A stretch of DNA of 63,600 nucleotides, the filler included, from Aduncisulcus paluster (lineage: Eukaryota), in assembly GCA_024181965.1 (NCBI GenBank). It is 8 parts of 8 records of this genome, joined end to end, with 100 filler letters (N's around TTAATTAATTAA, not from the genome) between each part and the next. Parts side by side here need not be neighbours in the genome. Positions count along the whole stretch, not along the records: positions 43,035 to 54,284 come from BQXS01012311.1; positions 54,385 to 61,406 come from BQXS01012312.1; 6 more parts are not named here. The stretch is one strand, 5' to 3'. The position numbers and the translations under genes are program-made. This document shows, one piece after another, positions 46,701 to 59,800 of this stretch. The notes beneath the pieces were generated by a model, which was not told where the DNA came from, did no database searches, and saw only the letters and a list, made by a program, of their open reading frames with translations. Positions within the stretch are counted from its first letter, which is position 1, and each line of letters opens with the position of its first letter.

Positions 46701-49700
46701 TTTCGACCTCCACTTTTCACGAACATGGGAACAATTCCGTTTTGTTGGGGGTTAATAACCGGCGGAATTACCGATGAAATTACCGGTGGAACGACCTTCT
46801 TGGGCTTTTTCACTTCCGGTTTGGAGGCGATGACAGGTTGTGAAACCACTAATTCTTTGTTTGTAAAAATTAATGATTCAATAGTAAAACGTTTTGAAGT
46901 TCTTTGTTTCCATCTTCCAGAACCATGAATATGACAATGAACAACATCAGTGAGATCAACAGGAAGGTAAAACCATATATATTCCTTCCGAGGTTTACAA
47001 AATCTATATTTCTTCTGGGAATTCTTTCCATCAGAATGGCTAAAAATGAAGAGAAGAGAGGGTGCACTGAGTTGTTGATGAACGCATATATAAGCACCTT
47101 TAATCGATTCTGCCACAGAAAAAGGAATGAACAGATCAGAGACAGTGACTGGAGCCTGGCCTTTCAACATTTGAACCAGACATTGGATCGGCACAACCAT
47201 TGGCTTTGATATTCCATTCTTCATTGGTCTTTGGATTTTTGCATGCAATTCTGAATATAATGGAAGAATAACGCTCAAATCTGAGAAACAGATTGGAGGA
47301 GATTTTCTATTTCCAATTTTGACAACTACTGCCTCACCAAAAGAAACAGAATCTTCTGGTTGTTCTTGAGGAACAATAGAAGGCAATTCATGTTGATCGT
47401 CTGTTTGTTTTAGCTCTGAATTGATAATAGGAGCGATTGGGCAAGGAACGGAAGGTGGTTTTCCATCAATAATAGAAGATATTTGAGGAACAGAATATAC
47501 ATAATTTCTTCGCACAAAATATAAGAATTCTATTTCAAAACTTCGACTATTCTCATTTTCCCATGTTCCTTTCCCTTCAATCTCACACAAAGCAACATCT
47601 GGAAGATCAATAGGAAGGAAGAACCATTCGAAATATTTTTTGAGTTTTGTAAATTCATATTTTTTCATCGTCTTTTTCCCACCCGAATGAGTGAAAGAAA
47701 CAAAGATTTTTGGAGGACCTGTACCCAGATTCAAACAGATAATAGCACCTTTCAAAGAAATTGGAGTTGAAAATGGAATGGAAAGATGAGAAAAGGAGCA
47801 AGACTCTTCTTCCCCTTTTAAAAGGCTTTGAGCTTGTAACGACATATCATAAAATTCAGAATTTATACTCTTTGAATCATTTTTAGCCTTAACCATTGAG
47901 AATAAAAACGAAAAAGTAATATCAGGATTACTACGGAAATAATTGGAAATGGAATAAAAATCTTCAGGGACTTGATATTTTAAGGATTCTATTTGTTCAT
48001 TTGTGGAGCTAAAGCTAATTGCCTTGGTGGTTGGCTTGAGAGGAAAGTAAATTATAACACGAATACGAGATTAAAAATTAATATGGTCAATCAAATCGTT
48101 AATTAATTAAAAAAAAAATATTAGAGCAACAAAATAATGAAAATAGAATAAATAAACAAAATAAAAATGATAGAATTTTACATACGAGCTCAGAATGATA
48201 TTTAATTTTTGACATTCTTAAAGAATATTCTGTCGGGGATTCATCTTTAACAAAGGAAATAGATAATATTTCAAAAACACCAACCTTTGTTAATTTCTTC
48301 TCCATTCCATCAATTTCACACAAAACAACCCCAGTCAAATCAACAGGAAGGAAAAACCAGACCGGCCGAGGGAAACACACATCGTGATCACCCGGCAAAG
48401 AATTGCATATAGATTCGAGATGAAAATAATTTTTAGACACAAAATCTCCATTTTCTAGAAAGAAAGTGAATCGCAAGATATCAGAACCTTTGAAAGTGGA
48501 TGATTCATAAACATAACTAACCACATTGACACAAATATAGGCACCTTTTATAGGACTAGGTGATGGGAAAGGAATGGAAAGATGGTGGAACATGGATTTA
48601 GCATCTTCACCTTTAAATATTCCTTGAACAGCAAAAGTGAGGTAGTCTATCTCTGATAGTTTATCAAAATTTGAGTAAATAGAATCTCTAGGTTCATCAT
48701 AGATCATTTTGCTTTGGCGAACCTTTGAAATATCTGGATTTACAATTGAGGGTCCATCACGTGGAATAGGGAGACAGAACTCGTTTCCTTCATGAATAAA
48801 CTCTGGAATTATGACATCACTAAACTGAATTATTAGATCTTTTAATAGATTTCTAAAAATACCTTGAGAAAGAGGTGGAATAATGGAACTACAGCTTCTA
48901 GCAGTGCCCATCCCACACAGAAGATATCCTAGATCTGGAGTTTGTGGAGCAGGAAGAGAAGTTTCCTCTTTTCGAATAAATACAAGGGAATGTATGGAAA
49001 AACTTCGACTATTCTTATTTTCCCACGTTCCTTTCCCTTTAATCTCACACAAAAAAACATTATCTAAATCAATAGGAAGGAAATACCAGGAGAATAATTC
49101 TGTTTTAGATCCACAAAATTCATACTTCTTGTATGTCTTCTTACCATAACGAGCAGTGAAAGTGAAGAGAAGAGAGGGTGAACTAAAATCCTTATGAACA
49201 CAGATATAAGCACCTTTCATTGGACTAGGTGATGGAAAAGGGATGGAAAGATGGGATAAGGATACAAAATCACCACCTTTCAACATTTTTTGTGCTTCTG
49301 AACTCCGATCATATTCTGACGTATCTGGACTCAAAGAATCACAAAAAGCATTAATCCGCTTGAATGAAGGGTTTAAAACGCATGGTCTATCACGAGGAAT
49401 TGAAGAAACATCTTCTTCTTTCACAATTTCTGCTTGCACAATTGTCTGATAAAAAGTTAGGTTTATAGCAAAGGAAAAAATTAATAATAATAATAATAAA
49501 TTAGTTTTATAAAAAGCTAACAATAGATGTTAAAATAAGTACAAATAACAATATACATACGGAAGAAATCCATAAATCAGAAATTGGGAGGCATTTCAGT
49601 GACAAAGAAGATTTTGTAGAATCTTTATCATTGTATTCACTGATAAAAACAAGGGATTCTATGCTAAAAATTGGATCTAATGACCATCTAAGGCCTTCAA

Positions 49701-50288
49701 TTTCACATAAAACACCAAGACATACTCTAATTGGGAGTAAAAACCACGTACTTCGTTCAACTTTTGGAAATTCATATTCTATGCGTCTTGTATTCTTATA
49801 AAAGTCAGTTAAAATAAAGGTTAAGTAACGTGGAGTATATAAAGGAGAGATACAGATGTAAGCAGCTTCAATTCGAGTTGGAAAAAGGAATGGAATTGAA
49901 ATATTGGAGAAATTACCAGTTTGAAGCTGACCTCTCATGATTTTACGTGCATTTATGCTCAGATTAGTCATTGAATCGCCGCTCTTTCGTGATTCATCAT
50001 CAGAACATTCATCTCCTGAATATTCTCTCTCTTCGAGAAAATTGTAATATACTGGGCCTTTTCCAGTGGAGATTCTAGGGATATCTGGCATTGAAATTGT
50101 GAAATCATTTCGAGAAATTGGAATACAATCATTATTTCCTTCATGAATGAATATTGGTTTTCGGATCTCAACCTTACATTAAAATAATATATAAATACCA
50201 TAATTAGCAATTAATATAATTGAAATAAAAAATTATATTAAAATGTATCATAATAACAACATACTTCTGGACTTGTGGAAGAATTCAT
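43724..50288 (-). CDS. ~2070-aa protein: 8 tandem unrecognised beta-rich domains plus a C-terminal Ser/Thr kinase, 4 exons
   Basis: ATG 50288; introns 50264-50173, 49560-49446 and 48185-about 48035 (all GTATGT, phase 0) join three listed ORFs to the first exon. Repeat signature SHLSIPF..S..KGAYIC...LLFTFT...KKYEF...WYFLPIDL..V..CEI. Kinase motifs NGRFG, ILKK, MEFC, HGDIKPNN, DIG, YNSYE, TDAYSLG. Confidence 0.85.
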
Positions 50289-50830
50289 GGAAAGCTTACA
50301 AAATAGAAGAAGAAGGATAAACGAGAAACGATAAAATGAAAAAATGTTATTTGAGAAGTAAATTAAAACAATTAGTGATCTATGGTTAACCAACTTGGCG
50401 ATTACCATTAAAATGGATGCCATATCCAGAATAGGAATAATGAGTGATTATTCCTATTTTTCCTATCAATAATATCATAATTTTACATACGAAAATACTC
50501 TGTAAATTCTTCTGAAAGCAAAATATCAAGCCCTAGTAGAGATTTCTCAAAAGAAGGTACTAGAATAGTATGTAAACATTTGTCTTTATAATTGTAAATT
50601 AAAAATGATTTTTATGTTTTTTTTATTGATAAGTTGAAAAGAATTGGATCCTGATCTCTTTCAGAATCTATTGATTCAATTTTTGATTAATATTGGATTT
50701 TGGCTCATACTCGTTGTGCACCATTCAAACAAAATAACCTTAAGCCCAGAATTCGTATTTATTAATCTATTTATCGTTTCAGAAATTCCGAATAATCTTG
50801 TTTTAATATATAATTGCCGAAGACATCAAA

Positions 50831-53800
50831 ATGGGTCAAGAGATGAGTTTGCCTTCAATTACAATTCCATCTGATATTCAAACAGTTAAACCAGAGTTCA
50901 TTCATCAAGGATCTATCCAACGAATGCCTATTCCTCGCAATTCTCCCAATATTTGGGATCCTAGGTTTCCCAAAATCAAAGCCATCAATATCACGGAGGA
51001 AAAAAAGGATAAAAAATATATTGAGAGTCATAATGCCCAAAAAATGATGAAAGGTGAGTTCGTTTGTAGTGGATCCTTCACCCATATCTCTCCATTCCTT
51101 TCTCTTCACTCTCTCCAATGGAAGGTGCTTATATCTTGTTCGAGGCGTCAACTTATGGATATCCATCATATCTTATATTCATTTTCACCTCCTCCGATGG
51201 GCAAAAAACATTCAAGAAATATGAATTTCCAGAAATTGAATTTGCTTCTTGTTGGTTCTTCCTCCCTATTGATCTCCCTGATATTATTCTCTGTGAGATT
51301 ACAGGGAAAGGAAGAGAGGAAGAGTATTTTAATATTGGTTCCCTCGCTTTCTTTAGAAAAGAAACTCATAAGGAAACTATAGCTCGAATAGCCAGAGCGA
51401 AACAATGGTCTGAGACTCCAGTTATGAAACCAGGCTTTGTTTGCCAAGAAATATTTGTTCATTATCCTTTTCTTCAAGATGCTCCCAATACTCGTTGTCC
51501 AAATTATTCAGAGATTCAAGCCACCGACGGCCATAAGTTTCTAAACACTGAAGCTCAAAATATGATGAAGGGGATAGGAGATTCACCAATCGATGATTTT
51601 CTCCATGTGTCCATCCCTTTCTCTTCATCTGGCCCTATTAAAGGAGCTTATATCTTTTTTTGTCACACTCCTCCTTTACATCTGTACTTTACTTTTTTCT
51701 CTTCAAAGAAGAAGATAACGATCAAGAAATTCGAATTTGAATCAAAAGGTGTCCGTTATTGGTATTTCCTCCCTATTGATCTCTCTGACGTTGTTCTGTG
51801 TGAAATTACGGAGAATCACAACGGCTTGCAGATGTATTTTACATCAGAAAGCTTATATTCTTTCAAGAAACACCTAAGGAAACTGCAATTCGAGAAGCCC
51901 GAGAGAAATTGTGGTCAGAAACTCCAGAGATTGATGCAGAGTTCATTTATAAAGGTGGATTTATATCTGTTCCTATCCCTCGAGATGCTCCCAATGTGAA
52001 GACCCCAGAGATTGCTAGAATTAAAGCATATGATGCAATTAATGGAAGAGATCAGAGTGATGCTGCACAAATGATTGTTAGAGGAGAGTCTATCTATTCA
52101 TGCAAAAGTTGTACAATCTTAAAGGATGAAAAGGTGTTCTTTTCCCACATTTCAATTCCTTTCTCTTCCTATTCCACTTCTATTAAGGGTGTTTATGTTT
52201 GTGTTAGAAATGATTATGCATTTAAGCTTTCGCAACTTCATTTGACTTTTACAACTTCAAAGAAGGAAATAATATTCAAGCATTTTAAGTTTCCCGAATT
52301 GTTTAGAAATGATGCTTGGTTCTTCCTTCCTGTTGATCTCTCTGATGTTGTTTTATGTGAGATTACAGGGCTCTCAATGAATATTTATCGCGAAAAATTT
52401 CTTGAGGTTTTTAGAATCACATCGCTTGTTTTCACTCGGGAAGAGTCTTCTGAGGAAACCATTATTCGTGAAGCCAAAGAGAAATTATGGTCTGATGCTC
52501 TAGTTGTGGAATCAAAATTTATAAAGGAAGGAGATAAAGAATCTAAAGGGAGAGATTCCATTCCGATTCAACGTGATGATCCAAATCTTATTACTCCTTC
52601 ATTCTTAATGGTTAAGTGCAAGATTGATTCGTGTCGTAAGGAATCTGAGGAGTATGATCAGAGTTCACAGGCACAAAGAATGTTAAAAGGGGAAGATAGT
52701 CTTTACTTATCCCATCTTTCCATCCCCTTTCCAACACTTAGTACCATAAGAGGTGCTTATATCTGTGTGAATAAGGATTATAGTTCACCCTCTCTTCTTT
52801 TCACTTTCACTGATTGTGATGGTAAGAAGACATCCAAGAAATATGAATTTACACAACCTAAACATGAATATGAATGGCACTTCCTTCCTATTGATTTGTC
52901 GAATGTCATTTTGTGTGAGATAGAAGGAAAAGGAAGGTGGTGGGATAAAGGGAATTTGCGGAGCTATGAAAGATGTTTACTTCCTGAGAGTATGGTCATT
53001 GATGAAATGTTCGGTAAGGAGCTTGATCTCTCAACCATTGAATGGAGACATAGTCGTTCTTTCAAAATCTTCTCCCTTGTTTTCCTTAGAGGTGATGATA
53101 TTCCCCCCTCTCCTCTTCTTCTTACTCCCGCTCCTGTTCCTTCCAGTTCCTCCAAGACACCCACATCGACTTTGCCTTTGCCATCAAAACCTGTGAAAGA
53201 AGCTGTGAGAAGAAGAAGAAGAAGAAAAGACAGAATCTCAAGGAAAGAAAGATATTCCTTCAAGTTCAAAACAACAAACAGAATCACTCACTCAAGAAAC
53301 AAAGACATCTGAACCTACCAAATCCAACCCAAACCAACCAACTTCTTCTATTCCTTCTCAACACTCCATTCCTGTCCCACTCCCTCAGACCTTGACTTCC
53401 TCCTGTACCATTACTCCTCTTTGTATCATTGGGAAAGGTGGGTTCGGTGTTGTTATCCTTGCTCGTGTCGAATACCCTGCTTCATACTGCTCGCCTCCAG
53501 TGTTGTGTGCTCTGAAGTGTATGAAGAACAAAGAGTCATGTGAAGACAATGAGAAATGTGTGAAGGACATGAAGAAAGAATTCTCGCGTCAGCATCGGTT
53601 GTATTTCAAATCATCATTACAAAGCTGTATCCCTCGTCCTCTGCATATCCTTGATCTTCTCGATGGTGATCTGAAGGGAACATTAGGCATCATGATGGAG
53701 TTCTGTCAAGGTGGAAATGTGACTAAGTTTGCCAAGAGCTGGGCTGTTGATCTCGACGAATGTGATCCTTATGAAGATGATGAAGAGGACCTTGTGTATG

Positions 53801-54284
53801 ATCCTGTGAAGATCGCTGCTCTGTGTGTGGCTATCATCGAGTGTGTTGCTGATATCTTTTCTGTGAAGAAACAACTTGTTCATCGCGACATAAAACCTGA
53901 TAACTTCCTTGTTCGGTATGATGATACTGCTGGCACAGCTTCTTGTGCGAAAGATAAGTGCACTGTTCTTCTTGGAGATTTGGGTCTTGTCCAGATCCGT
54001 GATACGATGTCTCGCCAATCTTCCTTCTTTGCTTCAGGATTACCCACAGAATGGTCTGAGTCTGAGTCTAAGTCCTTTTCATACAAACCATCAATTGCAG
54101 GCACCACATGTTACAATGCTCCTGAGACTTTGGAGAATGGCTATCACAACCAACGCAGTGATGCATGGGGAGTTGTGCTGACAATATGGTCTCTCTTCAA
54201 TAGAATGCAACAACCTTTCATGACTCATCCAAGGATAACAAGGATCCCACCATCGAAGGATTATGATAAACATATTTTTGAAGT
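50831..54284 (+). pseudogene. Paralogous repeat-domain kinase (4 repeats plus kinase) with three frameshifts (pseudogene or sequence errors), 3' partial
   Basis: Starts MGQEMS. Frame breaks near 51088 (extra TC), near 51810 (missing G) and near 53208 (GAA run) link ORFs 50831, 51118, 51909 and 53392. Kinase motifs GKGGFG, ALK, HRDIKPDN, DLG, YNAPE, SDAWG. Confidence 0.75.
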
Positions 54285-54384
54285 NNNNNNNNNNNNNNNN
54301 NNNNNNNNNNNNNNNNNNNNNNNNNNNNTTAATTAATTAANNNNNNNNNNNNNNNNNNNNNNNNNNNNNNNNNNNNNNNNNNNN
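54285..54384. other. Artificial contig spacer
   Basis: N44-TTAATTAATTAA-N44. Confidence 0.97.
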
Positions 54385-56340
54385 CCATTAGTAAGAAGTC
54401 TAGATATCTGAACACCTTCTTGGGAGGATTTTTGAGTCTGAGCCTGGAGGATATTCGAGAGAACTTTGGTTAAACCATCGAACATGGATTTCATTCCTCT
54501 CAATACTTGGCTCTCCTGCCGATCCCTCCTTGATGTCCTTCTCGAAGTCTTTCGGGGAGAGGACATTCCATCGGCATATGATGACATCTCACCGGAACCA
54601 GGGTAACCGCCTCTCCCATATCTGTCGGACTCCATCATTCGTGCAGATGGACCAGGACCCATATATTCGCCTTCAGAGCTTGAATCTTGAAGTCCTACGC
54701 CTGTGCCAAATGTTGCAGAACCATAATCAACACTTGCACGTCGATTTCTGACCTGTTCCTTCTTGCTTGCTCGAAGCATTTCCTGGACTTGGTGGATAGT
54801 TTGTGTTGTTTCTGTTTCGAAGGCATAATTGGCATCGATTTTCTCTTGAATATTCTCGATCATGGCGTATAATTTTTGGATAATCATTGAAGCTTCCTCG
54901 ATTTCAAGTTGTTTTTGTTTGACTTCCTCTGACATCTCATACAAACGATTCCTTGAAAGAGTAAGCTCATGTTCCATGTCGTTTAATAATGTTTCTGAGA
55001 CACATCTACGTGCAGCTTGTGATGCTATGAACGATTCTGGAGGAGTTATCCTTGGATGGCTACTTCTCCACCAATCAAGCTCAACAATACACTCACGATG
55101 AAGTTTCTCGGTGGTTGAAGCGAAATTCTTATATTTTGCAACCTCACGATCACGATCCTTTAATTTCTTGGTGAGCTTATGGTTTTCACTAACAGCCTCG
55201 GGAAGGCCCGCTTCTCCTCGCTCCAGTTTCCTGACTCGTTTTTTTAGCGTATTCACAACCTTTTCATATTCTTCGATAATCTTATCATACTCTGCTTTGT
55301 CTTTTGATGCAGCAATGACAAAATTCATAGGAGTTGTTGAAGAGCCCATATCTGTCTCTGTTATTCTATCAGATGTTCGACTGACCCCACGACTCATGGA
55401 TTGGGCCTGATCTCCTTGAATTTTATCCATTTCCATGTTACGGGACCTCATATCTTCGAGTTCTTTCTGCATGGAATCGAAAAGAACCCTGTCTCTCTGG
55501 TTATCGGTTTCCATTCTAGATATCGTGGATTTCATGTCACGGACAAGATCCTTGAGTTCGCCGTTTTCAGATGACAGAAGAGCTATTTTCTCCCGGAGTT
55601 GGTTGGTTTGTTCAACCCTTTCTATGGATAGCTGTGTGAACTCTTCTTCTTTGCGAACTAATTTCTGATTAAGGTCATTAATTATATCGTGACTTGCTAA
55701 CAGAGATTTAGGGAGAAACACACCCGTGATGGGATCAATCTTTCCTTCAAGTTCTCCAGGCTCAAAGTTGACGGATGGACGCCTCGAACCTTTGGATGTA
55801 TCTGACTCTTCTCCATCTTGATGGGTCATTGATAACATTTCTTGTTCGTATTTTTGATGCTTTAGCGATGAAATATATTTAGTGGCTCTTTCGTTTTCAG
55901 CCATTAGTTTCTCAATTTGACTATGGGCCTCTCTGATAATCACTATCAGGCCTTGTTTTTCTTCCTCTATTTCTCCAATATTCTGTTTTAATACTTCGTT
56001 TTCTTCAAGCAACACAGAAATACGCTCTTCAGCGGCTTTTACCTGAGTCTTTGCTTCATTTAATTCTTCTCTTAAATTTTCTATAATATGAGTATTTTTA
56101 GATGTGCTGTCAATAACAGATGTAAGAGCTTCACGTTTTTCTTCGAGTTTCTTCTCTAACTCTTTGACTTTCTTCTTTAACTCTTTTGTGTCAACTATGG
56201 AATAAATTTGAAGGTGAATTTACGTTTTAATTATCAATTGAATGGAAATTTGATGCACAAAAATGAATTGCATATGAGCAGGGAAGAGGATAATCAAATA
56301 TTTATGGAATAATTGTAAAATAGAGCTTACACATACCCAT
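54385..56340 (-). CDS. Long coiled-coil protein, 2 exons, 3' partial
   Basis: 4-nt first exon ATGG (56340-56337), intron 56336-56195, then VDTKELKKKVKELEKK in frame with the ORF at 56015; extensive heptads. Confidence 0.75.
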
Positions 56341-56828
56341 TCTTCTGTGAAATATATTAATATACTAAAAGTAAACCAATATATTGTGAAAAAATAATTG
56401 CAATTACTATGATGATCCGAGAAAATCAAAAAGTATATTGAACACGTGTCGAAAGTCAAATTGCAAAATAATTTCGTTATTTTTGGAGTTTATATTGATT
56501 CAATATATCGATTTATATTTGCATATTTTCATATATTCATCAGGTCAATACTTAAGAAACACATGATATATGAGATTTTCTTGGCTGAAATATATTGTAT
56601 TGAAATTAGAATCCTCAAATTTATGGTTTAAATGATGAAGAGGTTGCAAGTTTGGTGAGAAAACTGTTACAGTTTAACTGTATCTCGACTTCTTGTTTAT
56701 TTATATTATTATACTGATATTTTCTGGATTTATTAGTGAACATAAATATTGAATTCATCATTATTTGTCGAAAATTGATTAACAATGGCCAAGAAGAGAT
56801 TTTTGAATCATATGAACACAGCCTTTCG

Positions 56829-59800
56829 ATGACTTCCACAAGTGTCGCTAAAAATTGTATGTATACTCTTGGATCTGTGTAAAATTATTTACTAAAGCTG
56901 ATTTTGATGACTTCTAACTCTTATTATGATATCTCTCCTCTTATCCTTCCGTGGCGATTGTTTCTTAATTTTTTATAAATAGTGAACAAATTATTAAACA
57001 GTTTTACTCCAAAATTCTTGACTACTGTTAGTAATAGCAAACTCCGCCACAGTCTTGGGAAACTAAATGGAATCTTGACATCTTATGTATCCAATCACGG
57101 AGCAAGTGACTATCATGATCTAATTCGTTGTGTTGATCTTCTTATTATGATTCTTTCATCAAAATTATGTGAAGAAAGCGTTGCTCTTCAATCTATCGAA
57201 TGTTTGATAACTGTTGCACCAATTATCCCAATTTCATCGTTATCCCGAATAACAATGTGTTTCCTCAGTTTTTCTAATCGTCATCCTAACCTTTTTCTTC
57301 ATTCAATTCCTCCTTTATTCGATTCTGTGAAAAGAGACGATCTAAAACCTTATGTACACGCTAGTTCTACCGTTCTTCGATCATATATCTCACAAGGATT
57401 GACGAAATCATCACATATTCTCTCATGTTTTGTCGGATATGACACGTTTGAATTAGGAATCCAGAAACCCTTCAAAGAAAAACAAAAGGAGCTCTCTGAG
57501 TTGAGAAAAGAGCATAAAAGCATTGATTCTTTGAAAAAAATACAACATATTAAATATTCTACTCTCTCCTCTGTTCCTCAAGTTATTAAAGATCACGTAT
57601 ACTTCCTCGCCCAAGTTTATTTGATTAAATTCTCTCGATCTCTTCTATCTCTTATTAATCACACACATTCCACCACAGCACGTGATTGTATTCGTGATGT
57701 AAGAGATAAGGAAATGAAGATACACGCGTTGATTAATATTTTCCCATTATCAAAACAAATTCTTGAAGAAGTGGCCCAAAAGGAAACCATTGTCTCACAC
57801 GCAGCTTTGGGAGGGTTGAAACTTCTTTGCCAACACGAGAAAAAGAGGGAAGAAACTGTCAAACGTGGGAAGACTGAAGGAATTGTCCCCACTGACTCAT
57901 CATCTGCCTACGCCACATCTTCTTCTCACACTGATTCTGCTCTCTCACTCCTTACTCTTGCACTGCCGTCCATTCCTGGATTCGAGGTCGTGTTGATCAA
58001 CTCTATAGTTCCATTCAGCGGTGGTAATCGTACTCTAGCTGTACGGGCTGCTCGAATCTGTTCTCGACGTGGGAAGCGCAAGAGTGTGTTGAGAATGTTG
58101 TCTCGCCAATGCGCTATTGGATTTGTCACACACAGTGGAGTGTTCAAGAATCGTTATAACACAAAATTACTCCCCACCGAGTCTGATCTTGGTATATCTT
58201 CACCTTCTATGACGGGGCAAACATATGGAAATTGTGACGGTCTATTTTTAGATTCAAGAACCGGTTTTCAACTTTCTGTGGACCATCAGATGCTTCCAGA
58301 GAAATCAGATCTTATTCCTGGAGAGTCCATGGCAATGGAATCAAAATCTGAGGAGTATCATGCCATCTCAGTGAGGGATTTGACTTCTCTCCAAATCAAT
58401 GGTCCGAAGTCTGCTTCGAAAGGCAGCAAGAAGAGGAAGAGGAACCAGAAAACTTTCAAACCAAAGCAACTCCCCTCCCTTAATTCATCCATGTCACGGC
58501 TTATGTTCCTTTCTTCCTCTTCCCCCGCTCTCAAGCATCTAAAAGCACAATCAAATGCTCTATTTTCTGTGTTTGAAGAGGCCTTTGATGAAGAGGATAA
58601 GACCAAATCTGGAAAGAGAATTATTATGGAAGATGATCGGTTGTTGCGGTCCACATTGAAGACTCTACTCTCTGAAATCCTTGCTGATAAGGATTTCTGT
58701 AATCGTCTAATTAATCTCATTGAATTCCATCCATCTCTTACTCCTCCTGCTGATGCCTCGCCCTCTGTGCAGAAGTACATGAATTGGCTGAAGATTGTGT
58801 CGATATTCGTCCACATGTTGTTATATATTCACAGAGTGGTTGGTACAAGGAATGTGGAGTTCTCACTGACTTTGGTTTATTGCTTGCTCGATATCCTCAA
58901 GAAACTCCCTTCTATCGCTTTTCACACTGATTTAGCTGAATTAGTCGATGAGAGAGAACATTGGAGTTCTTCCCCTTCTCAGCACTCTGTATCCCCACGA
59001 ATCTTTATTATGTTTGTGGATATTGTTAATGTGTGTTCATCCATCATCCGTGAAGTTAAGTTAGACCATGAAAAGAGAAGGAGGGAAACGTTTGATCCAT
59101 TTTCCGTGGGAATGGAATCTACTCACTCCGAGTCCCAATCTGAGGCTGAAGAGGAGGACTTTGCCTTCCACGGTAGTTCTGATGCCCTGACAGCTCTTTC
59201 TGTCCTCTTATCCTCTTCCTCTCTTGACATTTTGTGGCGATGTGAACTTCTTATAATCTTTCCTCTTGACAACAAGAATACCCTCTTTTCTCTCGCTTCT
59301 CCCCAACGATGTGATCGTCTTCCACTCGCTGGTTCTTGTGTTCCACCGATAGCATCACAAACGGGGATTGTCTCATATTCTCTCGCAACCATTACTCAGA
59401 GCTGGCTCAGTGACACGTTGAAAGACGTATGTGTATTGATGGGGCTCTGTGGGGAGGATAGGAAGGTGGATGAGAAGAAGAAGGAAGAGGAAAAGGAATT
59501 AGCTTTGAAGGATGATAGACTTGCTCAGTCAAAGCCATACATCGATGGTAGGTTCTTCCTAAGGCTTCAGACTATCCTTGCAGGAATGGTCCCCGAATTG
59601 GTGGCTTTCCCTCATTTGTGTGATTCTTTCATTCGTTCTCTTACTTATGTCCCGGGTAAACATATTCAACAGCAACTATCCGAGTACATCCATGAAGGAT
59701 TGTGTGTTCAGATGTGGGAAACTGGGTGTATCGGAAGAGATTGTCTTGCTCACTGGCTCAATTTGTGTGAAATTGATGTTATTTATGAACTCATGAAGTC

